Of a DNA stretch of 32,000 bases, positions 18,058 to 26,400 are shown piece after piece. Origin of the DNA: Desulfobulbus propionicus DSM 2032. Its GTDB lineage: Bacteria; Desulfobacterota; Desulfobulbia; Desulfobulbales; Desulfobulbaceae. Made by a program: the position numbers and the translations under genes. Position 1 is the first letter of the stretch; every line of letters starts with the position of its first letter. The notes beneath the pieces are model-generated. The model did no database searches. It had not been told where the DNA came from and worked only from the letters and a program-made list of their open reading frames with translations. The stretch is taken from contig NC_014972.1 of the NCBI RefSeq assembly GCF_000186885.1, positions 2,340,001 through 2,372,000 on the forward strand, written 5' to 3'.

Positions 18058-19663
18058 GGAACTCATCCGCCGCGCGGATGCCCATCGACGCTCTTTGAAT
18101 GGATTTACCCACCACTTTCTAGTGTGCGCCGGTCTTGGCTGTCCGCGCAACGAGGAGATCATCGCCGCGCTGCGAAGCGTCATCGCCGAGCGAGGCCTGC
18201 AGGAACAGATTTCGGTGCGCAAAGTCGGCTGCATGGGACTGTGTGCCCTGGGCCCCATTGTCTTGGTGCAACCCGAGGAAATTTTCTACCAGGCGGTCAC
18301 GCCCGAAGATGCCGAGGATCTGGTCGCATCCCTTGGCAAAGCCCCTCTGCAGCGCCTTTTTCTGCCATCGGACCTGCCATTTTTCAAACGGCAGCATAAA
18401 AATGTGCTGGCACTCTCCGGCCGGATCGACCCGGAAAGCGTCGACGACTATTTGGCGGCTGGCGGTTATCTGGCCGTTGTTCAAGCGCTCACCGAAATGC
18501 GCCCATCCGATGTCATCCGCCGCGTGCAAGAAAGCGGATTGCGTGGCCGAGGCGGGGCAGGCTACCCCACTGGGCTCAAATGGGCGACCGTTGCCAAGGC
18601 CACAGGAGAAAAAAAATACCTGATCTGCAATGCGGACGAAGGCGATCCAGGAGCTTTCATGGATCGCTCCATCCTGGAAAGCACCCCCCATGCCGTTTTG
18701 GAAGGGATGATCATCGCCGCCTACGCGGTCGGCGCGACCAGTGGCTACATTTATGTGCGAGCCGAATATCCATTGGCGGTGAAACGACTCAAACTGGCCA
18801 TCCGCGAAGCCGAGCGCCTGAATTTTCTGGGTCATGCCGTTTGCGGCTCTTCCCTGGATCTTGATATTCAGCTCCGCCTTGGAGCAGGCGCCTTTGTCTG
18901 CGGCGAAGAAACAGCCCTCATCCAATCGGTGGAAGGCAAGCGAGGCATCCCTCGGCCACGCCCCCCTTACCCTGCGGAACAAGGACTCTGGGGCCGCCCC
19001 ACCCTGATCAACAATGTGGAAACCTATGCCAATGTGCCGCCAATCATTGCCCATGGCCCGGAAAAGCTTGCCGCCTTGGGCACCGAACAGAGCAAGGGCA
19101 CCAAAGTCTTTGCCCTTACGGGAAAAATTCGCAACAGCGGCCTGATCGAGGTGCCCATGGGTATGAGCCTGCGGGAGATTGTTTTTGACATCGGTGGAGG
19201 CATTCCCGGTGGTCACGCCTTGAAAGCCGTTCAGACCGGGGGACCGTCGGGAGGATGCATTCCGGCCGAACATCTGGACACCCCGGTGAGCTTCGAGAGC
19301 TTGCGCGCCCTGGGATCAATCATGGGATCGGGCGGCATGATTGTCATCGACGAAACCACGAACATGGTCGATATTGTCAAATATTTCATGGAGTTCAGCA
19401 TGGATGAGTCCTGCGGCCAATGCACTCCCTGCCGGGTGGGAACCGCCCAGATCCACCACCTGCTCACCCTGTTTCAGCAATCCAGGGCCACTTTGCTTGA
19501 CCTTGCAAAGCTGGAAGCGCTGTGCGATTTGGTGAAAAATACCAGCCTTTGCGGTCTCGGCCAATCGGCTCCCAACCCGGTGCTCAGCACCCTGCGGTAT
19601 TTTCGTCAAGAGTATCTGGACCGGATCGTTGCGCATCCGCCCATTCAGGAGGAGGAACAATGA
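18047..19663 (+). CDS. hoxF: Hydrogenase diaphorase subunit HoxF (NAD/FMN-binding, NuoF-like)
   Basis: The ORF-track start at 17993 lies inside hoxE. The ATG at 18047 (MQREELIRR...) overlaps the hoxE stop by 11 nt and follows AAGGAG. 538 aa. Motifs: GLRGRGGAGYPTGLKW and ESCGQCTPCRVG, plus an N-terminal thioredoxin-like Cys domain. Confidence 0.9.
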   Translation: MQREELIRRADAHRRSLNGFTHHFLVCAGLGCPRNEEIIAALRSVIAERGLQEQISVRKVGCMGLCALGPIVLVQPEEIFYQAVTPEDAEDLVASLGKAPLQRLFLPSDLPFFKRQHKNVLALSGRIDPESVDDYLAAGGYLAVVQALTEMRPSDVIRRVQESGLRGRGGAGYPTGLKWATVAKATGEKKYLICNADEGDPGAFMDRSILESTPHAVLEGMIIAAYAVGATSGYIYVRAEYPLAVKRLKLAIREAERLNFLGHAVCGSSLDLDIQLRLGAGAFVCGEETALIQSVEGKRGIPRPRPPYPAEQGLWGRPTLINNVETYANVPPIIAHGPEKLAALGTEQSKGTKVFALTGKIRNSGLIEVPMGMSLREIVFDIGGGIPGGHALKAVQTGGPSGGCIPAEHLDTPVSFESLRALGSIMGSGGMIVIDETTNMVDIVKYFMEFSMDESCGQCTPCRVGTAQIHHLLTLFQQSRATLLDLAKLEALCDLVKNTSLCGLGQSAPNPVLSTLRYFRQEYLDRIVAHPPIQEEEQ

Positions 19664-20376
19664 CAACACAAGTTCTCACCTTGCGGATCGACGGCCGGGA
19701 AGTAAGCGGGCTCGCCGCGGAAACCATCCTCCATGTGGCGCGGGAAAACGACATTTCCATCCCCACCCTTTGTGCATTGGAAGGGTTGTCGACACCCGGA
19801 TCATGCCGGCTCTGCATGGTGCAAATCAACGGCAGCGACAAACTGCACGCCGCCTGCGTCACCCCCATACAAGAAGGCATGGTGGTGACCACCCAATCGG
19901 ACAAAATTCTTCAATACCGTCGCGCCATCATCGAGCTGCTCTTTTCGGAGCGCAACCATGTCTGCGCGGTGTGCGTTGCCAACGGTCACTGCGAGTTGCA
20001 GGATCTGGCCCGGGAATTTGGGGTCGATCACGTGGAAATGGCCTATCGTTTCCCGGCTCTCACGGTGGATGCCTCGCACAGTCGTTTCGTTCTCGATCAC
20101 AACCGCTGCGTCCTCTGCACCCGTTGCGTGCGTGTATGCGCGGAGATTGAAGGCGCCCACACCTGGGACATCAAGCATCGGGGCATCCACAGCCTGATTG
20201 TTGCGGATCTTGATACCTCTTGGGGGGCCTCCGAAACCTGCACCGGTTGCGGCAAGTGCGTTCATGTCTGCCCAACCGGGGCTCTGTGCGAAAAGGGCAC
20301 GTCCGTAGCGGAACTGCATAAAAAAAGGCCGTTTCTCCCCTATCTCCTCGCCAACCGCACGGTGGACCGCCGATGA
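19660..20376 (+). CDS. hoxU: Hydrogenase diaphorase subunit HoxU (NuoG N-terminus-like Fe-S protein)
   Basis: The real start, ATG at 19660 (MTTQVLTLRIDG...), forms an ATGA overlap with the hoxF stop and has RBS AGGAGGAGG. 238 aa. Motifs: CRLCMV, HVCAVCVANGHCELQ, CVLCTRCVRVC, CTGCGKCVHVCP. Confidence 0.9.
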   Translation: MTTQVLTLRIDGREVSGLAAETILHVARENDISIPTLCALEGLSTPGSCRLCMVQINGSDKLHAACVTPIQEGMVVTTQSDKILQYRRAIIELLFSERNHVCAVCVANGHCELQDLAREFGVDHVEMAYRFPALTVDASHSRFVLDHNRCVLCTRCVRVCAEIEGAHTWDIKHRGIHSLIVADLDTSWGASETCTGCGKCVHVCPTGALCEKGTSVAELHKKRPFLPYLLANRTVDRR

Positions 20377-20906
20377 ACACACCACGGATCGCAACCCTTT
20401 GGCTCGATGGCTGCTCCGGCTGTCACATGTCCTTGCTGGATACCGATGAACGACTGCTCGATCTGGCCGCCATGCTGGATGTTGTCTACAGTCCGTTGAT
20501 GGATGTCAAAACCTTTCCCGAAGCCGTCGATGCGGTATGCATCGAAGGAGCGGTGAGTTCCAAGGAGGACGAGCGCAAACTTGTCGTCGCCCGTCAACGC
20601 AGCAGGTTTCTGATCGCCATGGGTGACTGTGCCGTCACCGGCAATGTTCCAGCCATGCGCAATGTTGTCGGGGCGGAAAGGATTCTTCGGTCGGTGTACA
20701 TCGACCAAGACCCCCTCAACCCGCTCATTCCCGCCGACAACCTGCCGGTGCTCAATAGCAAGGCCCTGCCGCTGCATTGTTTTGTCCAGGTGGATCTGTT
20801 CATTCCAGGATGCCCTCCCGCCGCCGACACTCTTTTTGCCGCACTCAGCGCCGTGGCTGCGGGAAAGGTGAACGACCTTCGACTCGCAACCCGTTTTGGC
20901 GCGTAG
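20373..20906 (+). CDS. hoxY: [NiFe] hydrogenase small subunit HoxY (group 3 type)
   Basis: 177 aa. Motifs: WLDGCSGCHMS, GDCAVTG, IPGCPP. ATGA overlap with hoxU. Confidence 0.9.
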   Translation: MNTPRIATLWLDGCSGCHMSLLDTDERLLDLAAMLDVVYSPLMDVKTFPEAVDAVCIEGAVSSKEDERKLVVARQRSRFLIAMGDCAVTGNVPAMRNVVGAERILRSVYIDQDPLNPLIPADNLPVLNSKALPLHCFVQVDLFIPGCPPAADTLFAALSAVAAGKVNDLRLATRFGA

Positions 20907-20915
20907 GAGTCTTGC

Positions 20916-22343
20916 ATGAAACAGCTTATTACCATCGAGCCAATCACTCGCATTGAAGGACACGCCCGAATCCAACTCTTTCTCGATGACGCCGGCCAGG
21001 TACAAAATGCTCGTTTCCAAGTGACCCAGTTCCGGGGTTTTGAAAAATTCGTCGAGGGTCGGCCGTTTTTCGAGATGCCGTCGCTCACAGCCAGAACCTG
21101 CGGCATCTGCCCCATCAGCCACGAACTGGCTTCGGCCAAGGCTTGCGACCAGCTACTGGCGGTCGCCATTCCGGAAACCGCCAAGCAACTGCGACGGGTG
21201 CTCAATCTGGGGCAGATTATCCAATCCCATGCCCTCAGCTATTTTTACCTTTCCGCCCCTGACTTTCTCCTGGGCATGGACCACCCCCCGGCATCCCGCA
21301 ATTTCTTCGGTCTCGCCGCCGCCCATCCGCAGTTTGCCCGTGACGGGATCAGGTTGCGCCAATTCGGCCAGCAGGTGATCGAACGCCTGGCCGGACGGCG
21401 CATTCATCCGGCCTGGGTGGTGCCCGGCGGGGTCCGTTCGCCGCTGGATGAACGAGCGCGAGACGAGCTGCTTCGAGAAATTCCCACGGTCAAGACCCTT
21501 GCCCTTGATCATCTGCATCGCTTTAAGCAATCGCTTGAACAACACGAAGAATATATCCAAATTTTCGCCCATTTTCCCAGCCTCTTTCTGGGGCTAACCG
21601 ACAGAGACGGCAACCTGGAACATTATGACGGAGGGATGCGAATCATCGACCCCACCGGAGCCCTGGTCGTCGATCATCTCGCTCCTTCACGCTATAGAGA
21701 AGTGATCGACGAGGCTGTTGAACCGTGGACTTTTCTCAAATTCCCCTACTATAAGCCTCAAGGATATCCCGAGGGGATGTATCGGGTCGGACCGCTTGCC
21801 CGTCTCAATCTTGCCGCCCGATGCGGCACCGAACTGGCGGATCAGGAATTACTCCAGTTCCGGAGTCTTGTGGATGGCCTGCACCTTGGTTCCTTTTATG
21901 CCCATTACGCTCGGCTGATCGAGGTGGTTTATGCGATCGAGATGATCGAGAAACTGCTGAGTGATCGGGCCATTCTCGACAGCACCGTGCGAGCTGTGGC
22001 CGGAGTGAATAAGTGTGAAGGAATAGGCGTGACCGAGGCCCCACGTGGGACGTTGATCCACCACTATAGGGTCAATGACGATGGTCTGCTCGAATGGGCC
22101 AACCTGATCATTGCCACGGGTCACAACAATCTTGCCATGAATCGCGGCATTCTCCAGGCGGCTCGGCGTTATCTTGACGGCGTCACCCCACGCGAGGGGT
22201 TGCTCAACCGCATAGAAGCGGTAATTCGCGCCTTTGATCCCTGCCTGGCCTGTTCCACCCATGCGGTTGGGGCCATGCCCCTGATTGTCGAGGTGATCGG
22301 TCCCGATGGCTCGATCCTGGGTCAACTCCAGCGGGATAATTGA
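20916..22343 (+). CDS. hoxH: [NiFe] hydrogenase large subunit HoxH
   Basis: 475 aa. Motifs: RIEGH and the N-terminal Ni-binding RTCGICPISH. The C-terminal DPCLACSTH is followed by a 25-aa tail, the expected endopeptidase-cleaved extension. RBS AGGAG. Confidence 0.93.
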   Translation: MKQLITIEPITRIEGHARIQLFLDDAGQVQNARFQVTQFRGFEKFVEGRPFFEMPSLTARTCGICPISHELASAKACDQLLAVAIPETAKQLRRVLNLGQIIQSHALSYFYLSAPDFLLGMDHPPASRNFFGLAAAHPQFARDGIRLRQFGQQVIERLAGRRIHPAWVVPGGVRSPLDERARDELLREIPTVKTLALDHLHRFKQSLEQHEEYIQIFAHFPSLFLGLTDRDGNLEHYDGGMRIIDPTGALVVDHLAPSRYREVIDEAVEPWTFLKFPYYKPQGYPEGMYRVGPLARLNLAARCGTELADQELLQFRSLVDGLHLGSFYAHYARLIEVVYAIEMIEKLLSDRAILDSTVRAVAGVNKCEGIGVTEAPRGTLIHHYRVNDDGLLEWANLIIATGHNNLAMNRGILQAARRYLDGVTPREGLLNRIEAVIRAFDPCLACSTHAVGAMPLIVEVIGPDGSILGQLQRDN

Positions 22344-22489
22344 AAAAAAAAAAGCGGAAAAAGCGAGAATCTCTATGATTCTTTGCCCGAATCATGAAGT
22401 AAAGGGTGGAAATCGCCCTCCCCGGACGACGCCTGACCAGGCTGTGTCGATTATCGCAACAATCAGTTCTTGATTGCGTGCCTTAGTCG

Positions 22490-22966
22490 CTATTCAATTC
22501 GAATTCGCCCCACACGATTTATCACCACCTTCAACGGTGATATTTGGGATGAGTTTTCAAATGTTACAGTACCAATGAAAGAAGGTATGCCATCGGGCCT
22601 AAATCGGGTCCGATTGTTGGTAAAAGTTGTACTGTCGATCACCACCCCCGGTGGCGTGGTCACGTTGCGCAACAGCCGATCATCGGCATCCTCGGTCCAA
22701 TTCAAGTTTTTATCGATAAAGACCCGGTAGGAGGAACCCGCTCCGGTGTTGCAGACCACCGCCACATGCTCCGCTTCCCGGATGGCTGTTATCTTGGCCA
22801 ACTGCAGGTCGCCGACAAGATTGTTGACGGCTCCCCGCAGTTGTCGTTCCGCCCGCCAACCAATCATGTTGGGAATGGCAATCGCGCTCACAATCGCCAT
22901 GATCCCAATCGTAACCACAACCTCGATCAACGTAAAGCCATGCTGATTCGCTGTTTTGTTCACCAT
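22490..22966 (-). CDS. Type IV prepilin-like minor pilin / pseudopilin, GspH-FimT family
   Basis: The ORF-track start at 23116 is upstream of the signal. The ATG at 22966 gives MVNKTANQHG/FTLIEVVVTIGIMAIVSAIAIPN, with the class III signal G/F cleavage site and Glu at +5. The following RAERQLRGAVNNLVGDLQLAKITAIRE matches the GspH/FimT/FimU pattern. 158 aa. Confidence 0.8.
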   Translation of the reverse strand: MVNKTANQHGFTLIEVVVTIGIMAIVSAIAIPNMIGWRAERQLRGAVNNLVGDLQLAKITAIREAEHVAVVCNTGAGSSYRVFIDKNLNWTEDADDRLLRNVTTPPGVVIDSTTFTNNRTRFRPDGIPSFIGTVTFENSSQISPLKVVINRVGRIRIE

Positions 22967-23007
22967 ACCGGCATCCGCTGAAAACGGCAACCTGGGGACG
23001 CTACGGG

Positions 23008-23439
23008 TCAATTCTTCCACACCCCGCCCTCCTGCCGAAAAGGAACAACGTTCTTTTGTTGGGTTGCGGGGACCGGTTCCTGGCCGACCGATGGCCCCTG
23101 CTCCGTCACTTCCCACATCTTGGTCAGCACCGAACCAAGGGCATAGAATTTCACCGCCATGCCGGTTTTAAAATAGGCAACGCTGGTCGGGCCGCCCGAA
23201 CGGGTGCGAAAAACCGCCTCCTTGTCGATGGTATACACACTGTCGTTGATAACAATGATCTGTGACGAGCCGGGCTGCTTCTCCCGGATCCCTTCGACCA
23301 CGCCGGTGAACTCTTCGGCGCCCAGGGCGATGACGTCACCATGCGTGTCATAACGCCGCTCCGCCAAGGCGTTCCCATCGCCGAGCAGGACAATCCCCAG
23401 CACACACACCAACAGGCAGACGGCTTTGCTCCATTGCAT
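23008..23439 (-). CDS. Secreted hypothetical protein at the PilY2 position of the minor-pilin operon
   Basis: Signal-like MQWSKAVCLLVCVLGIVLLGDGNALA. GGAGA (23450-23446) abuts the first ATG at 23445 but lies 6 nt from the ATG at 23439, so I use 23439. 143 aa with no motif I recognise. Starts 21-27 nt after the giant ORF's stop. Confidence 0.6.
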   Translation of the reverse strand: MQWSKAVCLLVCVLGIVLLGDGNALAERRYDTHGDVIALGAEEFTGVVEGIREKQPGSSQIIVINDSVYTIDKEAVFRTRSGGPTSVAYFKTGMAVKFYALGSVLTKMWEVTEQGPSVGQEPVPATQQKNVVPFRQEGGVWKN

Positions 23440-23466
23440 AGTCATTCTCCGCTCACGAAATAGATG

Positions 23467-26400
23467 TTATTTCCATTCAAGTTCGCGCCAGTAAATGATG
23501 GGCGTTCCCTCGACATTGGCTATCGGAGTCAGCAGTTCATCCTTTTCAGGCGTATACAATCGCTGATATTCACCAGTTGTATCGACAACGGTGACCGCCG
23601 GAGTGATGCCTTCGACCTTGAATGCCGATGGTGCGACATAGATCGGCTTCGCCGGCGTACCAATGTTAATGTAATCGTCGGCGTCGATCTCATCATCCTT
23701 GTTGAGATCAAAGAAAGCGCTTCCCAACAGCCCGCCGGTACAAGCATCAACCGCCCAGTTATAGGACGAGCCGCCGCTCTCGCAGGGGGAATCCGACGGG
23801 ATGGTGCTGGTGAAAATCAGCTTGCCGTTGATGATGGTCATGTCTCGGACAATCCGCTCTCCATTGGCCGGCAGATCGAAATACCAGCCTACGTGCCGTG
23901 CTGTTTTTTTGCTGCTCGCGGCAAACTCGGCCTGTTCGGAGGGCAGATACCAATCGATGTAGTTATCGGAAACCACGCGAATTATTTCATCATACAAGTC
24001 GGAATCGGTGGCACCGTAGACGGTTTCCTGCTTGGTGCCGTCACTGTTGTAGTTGACCCCTCCGGCCCAAATCTGCGTCTGACGAAGCAGGGTCACATAG
24101 GGGGCGCTGGCCGTGCCGACCACGGTGGCCGCATTGGAAAGGCTGCGCACCGCGCCGCAATTGGTGGTGCAGGACGCATACTCGCTCATGCAGTCAGCCT
24201 CGCAATCGCTGTCTCCGCTGCAGTCATACAGGCATGTTCCGGAGGTGGTGGCGGTGCCGAGGGTCGCGGTGCAGGCTGAAGTGCAGGCAGTGGCCACGGT
24301 GGTGTTTTTCGCCTGAAAGGTCCCCAGATAGGTCTGTTCGGGCGTGGTATTGCCCGCAGCCTTCCATGAGTTCGACCAATCCCAGAGGCCATACATGGTC
24401 TGCACGCTCTGATCGAGGAAGTCGGTGCCCGGGTCAAGGATCCGGCCCGTGCCAAAAATGATCATGTAGCCTTTTTCGTCCGTGGGGCAGGCCGAGGTGA
24501 TCACCGGCTGCACGGTGATCGGCTGCCGATAACCTGCCTCGCTCCTGGCCTGGAACATGGGCTGCTTGACGGCGGCGCTGTTTTCAAAATAAATCTCCCA
24601 ATCGTCCTTCGTTACCGCGTTGATGTCAAACTTCCATAGATTGCCCAGCAGATCGCCCGCGTAGACGAAATCGTTGATCGTGTCTCCCTGGGGAAAGATC
24701 AAGGCCGGGGTGGAGAGGCCGTTGCACTCCGTGCCGCTGGTATTGTTGCCGACACCGGTATCGATGATCTTCGTCCACTGAATCTGGCCAAAATCGCTTA
24801 GGCCAACGGTGAACAATACCGCGTGTCCATTGGCACTCTCGTAGCCGTTGCCGAACACCAGCACCCAATCTGTGCCGCTATCGTTGGTGGAAGCAATCTG
24901 GGGCCGGGAGAAGCTGTACCCCAGATTGTCTTTCACCTCGGCGGCGGCAACATACCCGGCGGTGGAGGTAGTCGTATACTCCCATAGCACGATTTCCGAG
25001 GCATAGTTTTCAATGTCCGTTTTATGCTGGGCGGCGGAGGTCAGATCAAGGGCAAAGAACCCCTTGCCGCCTTTGCCGAGTCCTCCCACAAGGACCACCT
25101 TGCCACCTAGATCCTTGACCGTGACGTAACCATCGACAAAAGCGGTGTGGGTATAGGCTTCCTGCGAAAGCAGATGAAGATTGCCAAAGATCGCCTGCGG
25201 AATATAGGCAAAAACTTCGTCGCCGGTTGTACCGTCAAAAATATGGAGCATGCCGTCGTTGCCGCCGACAATCACCCAATCTATACCCAGGGTGGTGTTG
25301 GAATAGTGGTACGGCTCGGAGTTGATAAAATCTCCGAGCTTGCTGGAACGATTGCGGAAATTCCTCACACCACCGGTGTCGTTCCGCCGTTCATAGGTGC
25401 TGTCGCCGCGCAGATAATTGAAAATGTATTCATCCTGCTGCAACTGCGCCTGCATGGTAGCATTCAACGAGTTCCAGCGGAAAGGCAGCCCGTTGCCGCC
25501 AATATCGGCGGTGATGATCTGTCGGTCGGCCGCAGCCACGCCGGCGATTTGTTTGGCCGCCGACCATTTGACCTCCGGAGGATTCAGCAGACAGCTGCTT
25601 CGGGCGCTGCCGCACGCGGTCTGGCAACTGCTGGTGGTGCAGTTGACAAGACAGGCATCGTAGGACTCCGAGCAGGATTCTCCACTGCACGAACTGGTGC
25701 AGGTGGTCTTGGTCGCCGTACAGGACGCCTCGCAAATGGCATCGCCGTTACAGGCAGCAACGCAACTGGTGTAATCCGCGCTACAACTCGCCTGGCAGCT
25801 GACTTTGCTGCAAGCCGCCACTTTACCGGAGCTATCCAGGCATTTCGCCAGCACATCGCCGTTCCAGTCGCTGGAGTCATAGGTGGTCTGGAACAAGAGG
25901 GTATCTTCCTCGATTTTATTGGCATTGATGGACACCGACGACGCGGTGCCGGTCTGCTCCTCGATCAGATCCCTGATGGTCTGCATGGCCGCAACCAACT
26001 CCGCCGGATCGGCGGCATTGAGGAAGGCCCCACGGCTGTTGACCGCGGCATGATACAGGTCATCGATCCGCTTGGGCGATTCATTGGAGTAGTTGGGGTC
26101 TTCTGTCCACCAGGCCGGGCATTTGCCGTCATACGGCCCGCCCGTGCTTGAGTAGCCCGAGTAGGCCAGGGAGGTCAGATCGCTGATGAGGGGGCAGTCC
26201 GCCCCTCCTGGCTCATCGCATTTGGGCAGACAATCAGGGAACAGATCCGGTTCGTATTCACCGGCTACGCCGAACGCCACGGTGTAGGTTACCAGATGCT
26301 GCTTGGCGTTTTCGTCATAGCCTTTGCTGGGCACGTTATCCCCTAAACCGCCGTCCAGATCGGTGGCATAAAAATACATGGCCACATCGGCCAGGGTATA

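Noticed and set aside
17410-19273. Minus-strand ORFs 17410-18258 (282 aa) and 18119-19273 (384 aa)
   Set aside because: They are antisense to hoxE/hoxF, which carry unambiguous Fe-S and FMN motifs. The antisense products have no recognisable features.
20340-21205. Minus-strand ORFs of 260 and 203 aa opposite hoxY/hoxH
   Set aside because: Same reasoning as above: these are antisense shadows of well-supported hydrogenase genes.
22343-22353. A11 homopolymer, a possible slipped-strand phase-variation tract
   Set aside because: It begins at the last base of the hoxH stop codon and lies in the convergent intergenic spacer. Length changes would therefore not shift any reading frame.
23464-26151. 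Plus-strand ORFs 23464-24279 (271 aa) and 25147-26151 (334 aa)
   Set aside because: They are antisense shadows inside the giant minus-strand ORF. They are Gly/Arg/Ala-rich, as expected from reverse translation of GC-rich codons, and carry no motifs.
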